Part shown: positions 53,715 to 64,000 of the stretch, piece after piece
How the letters are laid out: each line of letters begins with the position of its first letter
How positions within the stretch are numbered: the stretch's first letter is position 1
Assembly: GCA_903908595.1 (NCBI GenBank)
Contig: CAIVSN010000142.1
Span: forward strand, 13,315-77,314
Direction: 5' to 3'
Length of the DNA stretch: 64,000 nucleotides
Origin: an uncultured bacterium
GTDB lineage: Bacteria > Patescibacteriota > Gracilibacteria > BD1-5 > UBA2023
Notes under the pieces: generated by a model
Told to the model about the DNA's origin: nothing
Seen by the model: the letters and a program-made list of their open reading frames with translations, nothing else
Database searches by the model: none
Made by a program: the position numbers and the translations under genes

Positions 53715-53957
53715 CCAGGACTTCGGAAAAACGATGAAATCCGAAGCCGAATTCGAGTACCGTAGCGAGGCGTACGATAGTACGCCCGCAAGGAACGGAA
53801 AATTCAGCGAGGAGTTCGCGTTTTGCACAGGGCACCAGGAACCCGTCAAAACGATGAAATCCGAAGCCGGATTCGAGTACCGTAGGGAAACGTACTGGCA
53901 AGTACGTTGAGCGAGGAACGGAGAAACCGGCGAGGAGTTCGCGTTTTGACGGGTTCC
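53715..53957 (+). repeat. Family B, two tandem copies
   Basis: Cores at ~53727 and ~53848. Confidence 0.78.
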
Positions 53958-54970
53958 TACACCGGCTTCATGGCAAAGAATCGGAAGAGGATATAACTCG
54001 TGACGAGCAACAGCACCCCGATGACGATGTATTTGACGATGCCCTTTGCCTTCTTCATTTTCTCGTCGTCTCCCCCGCTTGTCAGCACGAGGAATCCGGC
54101 GTATATGATCAGGACGACGATGACCAGGGAAAGGAAGCCGTTGACGTAGTTGATAACGCTGGTAAACAGCGTAATGGACTCGGATACCTTCGGATCCTTG
54201 ATACTGCAGACGCTCCCGATCGAAGTGGATTGACAACCGTTCACTTCCCCGTACAAGACCCTGATCAGGGTTTCCGGAAGCTTGATCAGGAAAAACCCGA
54301 GCACCGCGTAAATAATGGTCCTCTTGCCTCACTTCGCCTTTTCCTCATCCCCGCCCGCGGTGACGATCTTATAGAAGGCAAAGATGGCCATAGCGAGAAA
54401 CGCGAACGATGCCAGCAATTGAATCAGGTGGACGAACGGCATGATGATATTCTTGGAAAATGCCAACGCGGTATTCCCGTTCACGTTTTTGTCGTACAGC
54501 AAATCCACTACGGAAAATGCCGATTGCATGACCACGATGCCGAGCGTGGTCCAAATAATGGTCGCTTTCCACTTCTTGACGTCCTCTTCCGATCCGCCGC
54601 TCACGAGGATGCGGAAAACCGATATTACCAGATAGATGATGGCAATCAGCATGATGACGTTCTTAAGGTCGCGAGCGATTCGCATCATGAGGTTCTTCGC
54701 CCCTTTCGCGCCGGTATCCGACGTGGTAAAGTACGTGAAAGAGCTTCAGAATCCGAAATCGGATACTCCCTCCACGCTTTTGACGAACGCTTCGGTTTCG
54801 TCGGCCCGGTTGACGGTCTTGGGATTCGTCACGCCATTACCCTTGTCGAGGTCGAGATTGCTTTCTTGCGTTGAGCCGAAATTCTGGTCGGCCGCGAACG
54901 ACGAGTGGGCGAAAAGCGGTACGGATGCCGCGAATGTCGCGAGCAAAAAGAGTCGGAGGAGTTTTTTCAT
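53957..54970 (-). CDS. Membrane protein with repeated VirB2/TrbC-like pilin domains, 337 aa
   Basis: Three 'xxGG(S/D)(E/D)E..KK.K..I' hairpin-TM units; two TGA. Confidence 0.75.
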
Positions 54971-55048
54971 GCCGCCATTGTAATCCGCAGCCTATAATTC
55001 GCAACCCCGACATTTCCATTTCAAAGCGACAACTGGCATTCTGATTGG

Positions 55049-55214
55049 CATACCCAATAGGAATTGGTTTTCGGCTTTTTACGGTTACGGATTCGGAACA
55101 GGTTTTATTTTTCTTCTTTCGGGAGCTTATCGGGAATAAGTGACCGAAGAAAAAAATAAAAGATGTCCGAATACGTGACTGGAAAAACCGGGAAACCAAT
55201 TCCTATTGGGTATA
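55049..55214 (+). mobile_element. MITE family A, copy 7
   Basis: Perfect TIRs TACCCAATAGGAATTGGTTT. Confidence 0.8.
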
Positions 55215-55231
55215 TATGGAAATCCTACCGC

Positions 55232-58147
55232 CTAATTCATCGAAATTCCGAGTCTCGCCTCGATTTCCATGTCGACGTATTCCTTTTTCCGGCCATAGAC
55301 TTTGCGGGAGTATTCCTTGATGATCTTCGCGGCTTCCGGATTTTTGTAGGTATTGTCCCAGAAGGTCTTGAGGTCGAACGGGCGGGTGGTCGCGTTGTCG
55401 ATGTTCAGCTTGCAGTAGGTGGTGAAATTGGCGATTCCGATAATGTCCTGTTGGGAAAGGAGCGGGGCGTATTCCTTCTCCAGGTATTCCGCGTCTTCCG
55501 CGCCGACCTTGAAGCTCATGATGGTACCGGCATTCCCGAATACCGCGTCCTTGATGGTCGGCTTGCCATCCTTGCTGCTTCCCCCGATTTGCGCGATGAA
55601 CTGGTGGGCCATAATCAGCGCCAAGTGGTATTTCCGGGCTTCCGAGAGGATTTCTCCGAAGGTGTCCGTCGCGAAGTTCTGGAACTCGTCCACGTAGAGA
55701 AAGAAGTCCTTCCGTTGGTCTTCCGGCGTATCGGCGCGGCTCATCGCGGCCATGTTGATTTTGGAGACGAATATGAGGCCCAGGAGCTGGGCGTTGAGGT
55801 CCCCGATCATTCCCTTCGAAAGGTTGACCATCAGGACTTTGCGATCGTCCATGACCCGGCGGAGGTTGAAGGCGGATTTCGGCTGCCCGATGATGTTGCG
55901 AATGGTGGTGTTGGTGACGAACGGACCGAATTTGGAACTGAAATACGGGATCATTTCCTGCTTCTCCCGATCCCCGGTGTTCGCGTATTCGTGATCCCAG
56001 AAGGCCTTGACCACGGGATTTTTGACCTTGGAAACCTTGTACTTCATGAACGCGTCGTCGACGAACAGCCGCGGTACGTCGATCAGGGTTCCCCCTTCCT
56101 CGTCGTCGTCCATCAGCGTCAGGCAACCGTTCCGGAAGTAGTGCTGGATCCGCGGCCCGAAGACTTCCTCGTTGAATATCTTGATGAAAATGGACGTGGC
56201 ATCGAGCGCGGCCCGGTCCTTTTCGACGGCGCGGAGCGCGGGATCGGTCGCGATGATTTCGAGCATATTCAGTCCCATCGGCCGCTCGAAGTCGCCCGGA
56301 TTGAAGATGATGATGTCTTTCGCCCGTTCTTTCGGGGTGAAAGCGATGATGTCCTCGACCAGATCCCCGTGCGGGTCGATGACGGCCAAACCGTCTCCGT
56401 TCCACAGATCCTGGCGCGCGAGATACGAGAGGAATACCGATTTTCCCCCTCCCGACTTTCCAATTACGTAATGGTGACGCCCGCGGTCCTTTCTGGAAAA
56501 ATACACCGGCGTCTTCGTATTGCGGTATTCGTTCCAGCCCATGATGACGCCGTCCGTGAACAACGGGAATCCTCAGAGCTTCCGGGGAACGTCCATTTCT
56601 TTGGGTTTTTTTCCCGGATCGACCGGTTTCCCCTTGTTCTCGCCGTCCTGATGAATGGGATATACCGTTCCGTCGACCCCGACGAAACTCCGTTCGTGGT
56701 CGCGGACCAACACCTTGTTATCGTCCACTTGCAGCAGCGTGCCGTCTTCGGAGAACACGTTGCCCTTGGCATCTCGCCGGTAATCCGAGAGGATGAGCGG
56801 GTTCTTGAGCGTCCGGAGGTTGTGCGGAGGCGCGAGCATCTTGTAGTCCAACCACTTGATAATCGGGGATTTGTTGTAATTGATGTCCGGAAAGTGGTAC
56901 AGCGTGGAGAGTTCGTCCACGGAAAATACGGATTTGGACTGGAGGAACCCGATCATTCGGAACCGGTAGGCAAAATACCGTATCGGCGTCATGATGGCCG
57001 CGAAAAGATCTTCCCATTGCGGGTTATCGAGCTTGTTGTTGTATTCGTCGGTATACATGGACATGGCGCCGATAACGGATTCCAGCGCGTTCTTGGTCGC
57101 CGTGGAATCTTCGGAGGATACCAGGAGCCGGATCGAAGCGAGAAATGCCGGCTGCCCCGCGGATTCCCCGACCGCCTTGTGGGACTCCTGTTCCGCTTGG
57201 TTGAAAATCTTGTAAGAATCCCCTCCCGATGCGCCCGGAGCATTGCTTCCATCGCCTTTTCCGGCACTGAAAAATTCCACGAGCCAACTGAGGAACGACA
57301 GGGGGGCCTTGATGGATTCCCAGAGGGGATTTTCTTTGAATCACTTCTTGTATTCCCCTTTGGCCACCTGACCGGCCGCCTTTTTCGCGTGGCGGTTCCA
57401 GCCCCCTCCCCTCGGCTTGATGACGAACTGCAGGGCGGCGTTGTCGAATTTTCTCAGGGTACCGAAATTGTTCGTGAGCGTGGAAAGCGGATCGTCCTCG
57501 AAATACTTGTACGTTTTTATCGGGAAGATATCGTCGTTGAGCTTGCCGATGGAAGCCGCCCGGAGCGTGTAATTCTCCGGTTTGATATCCGGGAATTCGC
57601 TCACCGGGATTTCCTTGACTTCCGCATCGGGATAATTGGAGGTAATCTGTTGCGCTACCAAATGGACGTAATCGCGGTACGTTACGACGAAAAACGACAA
57701 TTGCCCCTTGCTGTAAATGAGCTCCATGGAAATCTTCGCGTGATCGAAAACGAAGTCCCGGACGCTGTCCCAGAAGGTAATGTTCGAAATCTTGATGATC
57801 GATTTATAAAAAATCGACATGATTCCCATTTTTTCCTTGAAATCCTTTTTCGTTTCTTTTTCTTTGTCGAGCTTGGAGTCGGCCCTCGGGAGGGTGATTT
57901 GCATATATACGAGCCGCCGCGCATTGTAGATTTCGTACATGATCCGCAGGAGCTTGACGAACATGTATCCCACGAAGAGCAGGAGCAGGAAGAGCAGGAT
58001 GACGAATCCGGCGTTGGCGAGCATGTCCAATACCCAGCTCGACGAGGAACCGGCGGCGGGTTCCGGCGGCTTGGGTGTGGAAATGCCGCTTTTCCCGGCT
58101 CCGGCGATTCCGGCGGCGTGGGCCGTCGCGATAATTTGGTAGAACAT
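55232..58147 (-). CDS. VirB4/TraG-like membrane ATPase (CPR type), 971 aa
   Basis: 'RHHYVIGKSGGGKS', 'VIDPHGD', 'LYVDEFQNF', 'SEARKY', 'AHQFIAQ'; TGA at 57341 and 56573. Confidence 0.88.
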
Positions 58148-58248
58148 AGATTTTTTTCCATGCTACCACTTCCGATTGCCACGGGCAACTATTATGCGCG
58201 TTTTTCGTAACTTTTTCCTTTACGATTGGAGTTGGCGTGGTATGGTTA

Positions 58249-58413
58249 TGCGCCTAACCAAATCTGGTTTCCCGGTTTTCCAGTCACGTATTCGGTTATC
58301 TTTCATTTTTTTCTTCGGCCATGTATTGCCGATACGCTCACAAAAGAAGAAACATACAATCCATTCCGAATCCATGGCCATAAAATACCGAAAACCGGAT
58401 TCGCTTAAGCATA
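58249..58413 (-). mobile_element. MITE family A, copy 8 (diverged, reversed)
   Basis: Reverse complement of the family A core between divergent genes. Confidence 0.72.
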
Positions 58414-58430
58414 ACGTAACCCATTCATCC

Positions 58431-59921
58431 ATGAGACTCTTGCATTCGATGGTACTCCAGGGAATCCACGGACTGCCCATCGACATAGAAATCGACACGC
58501 AACCCGGAATCCCGAGCTTTACGATCGTCGGGCTCTGAGACGCGTCCATCCAGGAAAGCCGGGAAAGGATACGATCGGCCATCAAAAACTCAGATCGGTC
58601 GTTTCCCCTGAAACGGGTAACGATCAACCTCGCTCCCGCCCACGTCAAAAAAACGGGGAGCCATTTCGATCTCGCGATTGCCGCCGGACTCGTACTCCGT
58701 GAAAACGAAAGCCGGGAAGCCGAAGAACGGCTGAAAGATACCCTCATCCTCGGGGAACTCGCGCTCGACGGAAAGCTCCGGCCGCTGCTCGGAGCCCTCC
58801 CGTTGGTCATTTCCGCGAAGAGACAGGGGATTTCCCGGGTCATGGTGCCGAGATCGAGCGCGGAAGAAATATCGTGAATCGACGGAATCGAAATCGTCCC
58901 GGCCGATTGCCTGAACGAGGCCCTGACATTTTTCGAAAACGGAATTTTCGTGGAAATCGCGAAAAAGGAATGCGGAACGCGGGAAAAACCGATCCGGGTC
59001 CCCTTCGAATCCATCGCCGGGCAGGCACGAGCGAAACGATGCCTGATAATCGCGGCGACCGGACGGCACAACATCCTGCTCGAATGACCCCCGGGATCCG
59101 GGAAAAGCATGCTCTGTTGCGCCCTGGAAGGCATACTGCCGGACTTGCGAGGGGAAGAGAACCTGGAAGTCTCCCAGATATATTCCGTTCTCTGACTCGG
59201 CCACGATATTGCCAGCCGGTGTCGTCCGTTCCGGCATATCCACCATACCGCAAGCGCGGTCAGCGTGGTGGGATGAGGCAAATACTGCCACCCGGGGGAA
59301 ATGAGCCTCGCGCATCACGGGGTGCTCTTCATGGACGAAATCCTGGAATTCGCCCGGCCGGTCATCGAATCCCTCCGGGAACCGATGGAATCCCGGGAAA
59401 TCCGCATTTCCCGCGCTCACGGCACGTATGCTTATCCCGCGTCGTTCATGCTGGTCGGAGCGATGAATCCCTGCCCCTGCGGCTATTTGGGAGACCCCGA
59501 ACACGTCTGTAAGGACACCTCCAACGAAGTATTGAAATACCGGGGCAAACTCTCCGGACCGATTCTCGACCGTATCGACCTCTTCGTCCAAGTACCCCGG
59601 GTTCCCATCGGGGAAATACGGCAGAAATCCGACGGTTTGCTTACGACGGCGGAAGCCAAAGAACGCGTTTCCGATGCGTCGCGGATCGCGATTTCCCGGC
59701 AGGGGAAACCCAATGCGGAACTCCTCCCCCGGGAACTAGCGGAATTGGAAACGGAATCCGACGCGCTCCCGCTCTTGGAAAAAGCCGTGGAGCGGCTGGC
59801 GCTTTCGCTTCGGGCTTACCACCGGATACTACGGGTAAGCCGAACCATAGCCGACCTCGAATCGTCAAAAAAAATCGCATCCGCGCACGTTGCGGAAGCG
59901 ATGGGATATCGTCAGAATTAA
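58431..59921 (+). CDS. comM: YifB/ComM Mg-chelatase-like AAA+ ATPase
   Basis: 'INLAPA', 'G(TGA)PPGSGKS', 'PGEMSLAHHGVLFMDE', 'AMNPCPCG', 'SGPILDRID'. Confidence 0.92.
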
Positions 59922-60967
59922 CTTTGCTTCAATTGGTACATATTCCGCCCAACACGTTCGACGTACTTCCGGTTTTGGAGGTTCATGTAGATGGTGCTCG
60001 TTTTTACCTGGCGGACCTTGAGGACTTTCGCGATGATTTCCTCGGTGGAAAGCGGGGCTTTTGCCTTGTTGAAAACGTCCATGATCACGTCGAGGACCGT
60101 TCCAGGCTTGTATCCCCATTCCTTGAGGACGTAGATTCCCCGTCCGATCAGGACGAATTCGTTGTTCCGAATGAGTTCGTTGTGAATCGTGGCCACCTTG
60201 ACCGGCTCCTTGAAATGCTCGGCGATAGCATTCGTCATGTCGACGAAATGCGTTGGCTCTTTTTTCTTCTTGAGAATGTAGATGGCCTTGTCCTTGAGGG
60301 TCGAAGGATTGAGGATTTTCCATTTCTCCAACCCGATGAACTTCTCTTCTCCCTTCACGATATCCAGGAACACGTCGAGCGTCGCGTCAATAAGCAAGAT
60401 GTCGATTTTGCCGAATTGGGCGAAAAGATTGATCTTGACCATCTCGTACAGCGTCGTGTTCTCGATGATGTCTCCCCGCTTCTTCAAAACCCTGAGGGCT
60501 TCCTTGTGTATCTCGGAGATAGCCCGTCGGTTTACTTCCGGGAGCGTGAAATACGTCAGGGTTCCAAGCTGGGGTTTGGATTTCTGAATGTTGAAATCGG
60601 ATTGGAGGACAATCTCCACGATACCGTCATTGATATCTTCGGAATCAAGTCCGAGTTCGGTAATTACCCGGGAAATGAGTCGGTCGCGGGTAAGCAATCC
60701 GCCGTGGATCCGTAGGATCTTTTCTCCGCTGGATTGGATTTCCAAGAGCCGGGAAGATTTTACGATGCGTCCGATCTTCCTGATTCCCACGTCTTCGATT
60801 TGCCGCACCCGCTCCCTCGTGATTCCATAATCGTCCCCAATCGATTGCAAAGTCTCCCTTTCCCCAGAAAGTCCTATTCGACGCATAATCACCGCCTTTT
60901 CCTTTTCCGTGAGGCCTTCCAGGACCGCGAGGAAACCGGAATGTACTTCGCTAGACACGAGAGTCAT
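59918..60967 (-). CDS. Sigma region-4-like HTH plus C-terminal winged HTH protein
   Basis: 'ETLQSIGDDYGITRERVRQIE', 'IHNELIRNNEFVLIGRGIYVLKEWG'. Confidence 0.8.
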   Translation of the reverse strand: MTLVSSEVHSGFLAVLEGLTEKEKAVIMRRIGLSGERETLQSIGDDYGITRERVRQIEDVGIRKIGRIVKSSRLLEIQSSGEKILRIHGGLLTRDRLISRVITELGLDSEDINDGIVEIVLQSDFNIQKSKPQLGTLTYFTLPEVNRRAISEIHKEALRVLKKRGDIIENTTLYEMVKINLFAQFGKIDILLIDATLDVFLDIVKGEEKFIGLEKWKILNPSTLKDKAIYILKKKKEPTHFVDMTNAIAEHFKEPVKVATIHNELIRNNEFVLIGRGIYVLKEWGYKPGTVLDVIMDVFNKAKAPLSTEEIIAKVLKVRQVKTSTIYMNLQNRKYVERVGRNMYQLKQS

Positions 60968-61055
60968 AGTTGGGGTAAATAAGGGATTGCGTACGTATGT
61001 ATATATTGCGAATCATGGAAAAGTCAAGAAAGTCGTGATATTCGCTATCCGTCGC

Positions 61056-61670
61056 CTAAATGGGAAGGGTCATGTTCGATTTGTCGCTTCCTTTTTCCAA
61101 TATGGCCCGGTATTCTTCGAACTGGGCGTCCGTGGTCGGACTGTTCTCTATGTACAAGGAAGAAAGCACCTCTTTTTTCTGTTCGCGATACGCAAGCATG
61201 CCACCGGCGACAAGCAGGATGGAACCCACTAGGGCAAAAATCGGAGCTTCGAAAAAAACGATGTCCTTGGTAAAGGATGACAAAGAACGGACGAACGTCA
61301 ACCCCATGATCAGGGAAGCAAACTGAAAGACTCAGAAAAAGATCATGACCGCCGCATCAGAAACCCGGACCCCCAGCCGGTATTTGAGGATTTCCTTCGT
61401 CGAATTCGAAAAAATGAGAATCAGCGAACCGAGAATGCTGAGCACCAGAAAGAAACCCACGGCGCCGATGAATCGCGAAAAAACGAGGTACGTGTCATTT
61501 TCCCCGAAGGCAAACCAGGGGAAAAGAAAACTCGTGGCAACGAACGATTGTCCCAAGAACGCGATACGGGAAGAAGCGCGGAGATGAAAAAAATTGAATG
61601 AGAGTGCTGACGTGATTTTCAGGATTCGGAGCCGGAGCTTCCGATACGAAGTCGGGGAAGATACTGTCAT
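61056..61670 (-). CDS. Multi-TM hypothetical protein
   Basis: Two fragments joined by TGA at 61332. Confidence 0.65.
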
Positions 61671-61886
61671 AGAAGGTGAAATGTATACTGAATTATACGG
61701 AATAGTAAACGAAGGCAATATTGACTTTGGGAAATTCTGTCGTTATATGTGCGTATGTCAATACGAAAACCCGAGGACAATCTTTGGTTCCACGTCTACC
61801 GACTCTGCGCCGGTTTTGTTTCGAGCCTAGCAAATGCCCTTGTAATGGTTTTTGATTCCGCGTTCCGCAAGGAAAAACGGAAAAAA

Positions 61887-63239
61887 ATGCCATCGAACCA
61901 TTTTCTCTCAAGCCTGCATTTCCTCCTCCACGAGTTCCCGAAGTCATTTTGGAAATTTCCCACCGGTATCGGGATCGGCCGAAGTGTGGGAACCGTCCTC
62001 CTGTATTTTTTTGGAAACCGGAGGTATTTCACGGAAGCTTCGGAAGCACCGACGGCATCCCAAAAGGCAAAAAATTCAAAGCGTTCCGGCTTCACCCTGA
62101 TAGAGATGGTGATTTCGATAACGCTGTTTTCCGGCATCCTCCTCGCGGCGTTCTCGGCGTTCGGGAACATTGCCCATTTCAAGAACAAGATCGTTTCCGA
62201 CGTCGACGTATACGAACAGCTCTACGTTTCCGTGGAACAGCTTACGACGATCATCAAGGACGGCGGGGATATCGACTACGAGGAATATTTCAACCGTTCC
62301 GTACTGGGAACCTCGCTATCATGAGGGCACTACCACGTGCCAAGCGGATACGGCAATTACGGATCCGACGGCACCTTGAAGACGCTCACGTTCTGAAACA
62401 GCGGGTACCATTGCCGGAGCAGTTCGCCAACCTCCTCGGTCACTAGCTCCGGTTGTGCCCTGGATGTGGCGCTGAACGATTCGTCGGTATCCCAAGCGGG
62501 AAAAAATCAAAGGTATGGGCAATACAAGCTCCAATTCTTCGATTACAACAGCCGGGGAAACAATGACACGACGATTTGTGACGGCCGTGGCAAACCCGGA
62601 AAGTCGCTCGGGGATCAGGACTGCGACAACAGCATTACCGGCGACTACGACGACGAATCCCTCGGGCTCGGTCCGGCGGTTTTCCCAAAAAACCTCCCGC
62701 TTCCGGAACTCTACCTCGTCAACAAAAGCGGGGCGATCCCGACCCGGCTCTTCCTGAGGCTCAAGATCGAGCGGGATCCCGACGCGCCCCCCACGGCCCC
62801 TTGCGATACGACGGGCGCAGGGTCGGGATCGGGCTGCATCGGCAGGCTCCAAATGCTTCGCCTCATTGGTAAAGACCTAGGATCCGATCATGCCAAAACC
62901 GGTTCCGCCCCGTCATATGACGGAAAAATCGATACTTGGGAGTGTCAACAGGATTTCCCTTGCAGATCGGTAAAAAACATGTACGATAATTACTTGCCGA
63001 CGGGAGTAGACAGCGAATGGATCGACGTTTTCAGCAGGGATATTTCGGTGAATTCGGCCCAGTTTTTCCTGAACCCGAACCTGGATTATAACCTCGCCTG
63101 GAAAGACACGAGCGATACGCTCGCGAATTCGTACCTCAGGATGCGGCTCAGCCTCGGGTACAGCTGGAAAAAGCGCAAGCTTATCAAGCTCGCCGTACCG
63201 GAAATCAATATCACCACCACGCTCAACCTAAGAAAATAA
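61887..63239 (+). CDS. Prepilin-type N-terminal cleavage/methylation protein (PulJ/PilW-like)
   Basis: 'KRSG|FTLIEMVISITLF'; two TGA; start uncertain (61755 or 61887). Confidence 0.8.
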
Positions 63240-63242
63240 ACT

Positions 63243-64000
63243 ATGTTCCAACTCGCCCGCGACCGAACCGGTTCCGCCCTCATGGTATCCATGGCCCTCA
63301 TGGGAGTGCTTTCGCTCATGATGATCCTGCTCATGGAAAAGATCATCCCTGCCAGCCAGGCCACGAAGGGGATTGAACACAGCGCGGTAGCCCTGTATCG
63401 AAGCGCTTCCATGATAGAAAAAGCCTTCGCTACCATGAATTATAAGAAACCGGGGGAAGCCACGGGAAACGGAACCCAGAGCTGGGCTTCCGGGAGCGGG
63501 ACCTACAGCATAACCCAAAACAGCGCGATCATCCCGATTCCCGGCAAGGGGAACAGCGAGTACGATTCGAACTGGAATCGCATCAACGCGGGGAATCCGA
63601 TACAGCTAAAAATCAAACCTTTGTCACAAGATAACCTGAAACTACTCTTGCTGGAAATGGTAATCGACTTACGGATGCCGAAATTGGGAAGCTCGGACCT
63701 AAAAGCGGGAGATTCGATTGCGACGCAATTTTTCACGGGAAGCGCAGCATATTCGGTATTGACGGTAAGCCTTTCGAATAGCGCTGGAACAACCTTGACC
63801 GCCCATTACGGCACGGGATGCGCACCTGACCTGGCAGCATTGAAAAATTGAATCAATGCCACCATGATCAATAGACCGGATCCCATAAAACTCGGGGATA
63901 TCTGTATGAAAAACCTTACCAATACCGCGGCACCCAAGAGTTTGTCGCTCCAACTGGGGAGTGCGAGTAACCCTAATTTCTGCCTCAGCGGAGGCTGCAC
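63243..64000 (+). CDS. PilX-like minor pilin (partial)
   Basis: 'RTG|SALMVSMALMGVLSLMM'; reads through TGA at 63849 to the window end. Confidence 0.7.

Noticed and set aside
55163-58210. Long antisense ORFs (e.g. 55163-58210 +, 42682-45000 +, 24258-26537 +, 47380-49212 -)
   Set aside because: Shadow frames opposite well-supported genes in GC-rich DNA, with no recognisable motifs
58176-58430. MITE-derived N-terminal extension of ComM
   Set aside because: The frame is open, but the ATG at 58431 gives a normal-length ComM; the element is more simply intergenic
1-64000. Widespread pseudogenisation suggested by the fragmented ORFs
   Set aside because: The breaks I checked are all in-frame TGA, often at conserved Gly, and essential genes are affected; recoding explains them

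Overview
Chromosomal segment of a Patescibacteria/CPR bacterium using genetic code 25 (UGA=Gly), most consistent with Gracilibacteria. In-frame TGA falls on conserved glycines (Walker A of a Zot ATPase and of ComM, GSxN of a phospholipase D), and the window encodes its own tRNA-Gly with a UCA anticodon, divergent from an Elp3 gene. The supplied ORF track therefore fragments most genes; CDS coordinates below were re-joined by hand across TGA. About 2.3-14.5 kb is an apparently complete filamentous-phage (inovirus-like) prophage integrated in tRNA-Arg(GCG). It carries a tyrosine integrase, a Rep_trans-type initiator with a candidate nick hairpin, pVIII/pIII/pVI-like virion genes, a Zot/pI ATPase, a C5-methyltransferase plus Mrr-type nuclease cargo, and three operator-linked promoters. 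The rest is host DNA: giant surface proteins, housekeeping genes (frr, mfd, holA, trmD, prmC, fmt, typA, rlmH, rpmE), a sortase, pilins, a VirB4-like ATPase, ComM, an in-frame MraY/WecA-pilin fusion, and two interleaved families of short inverted-repeat elements, one copy of which lies in frame inside a phospholipase D signal peptide. All calls come from motif recognition by eye; no searches were run.
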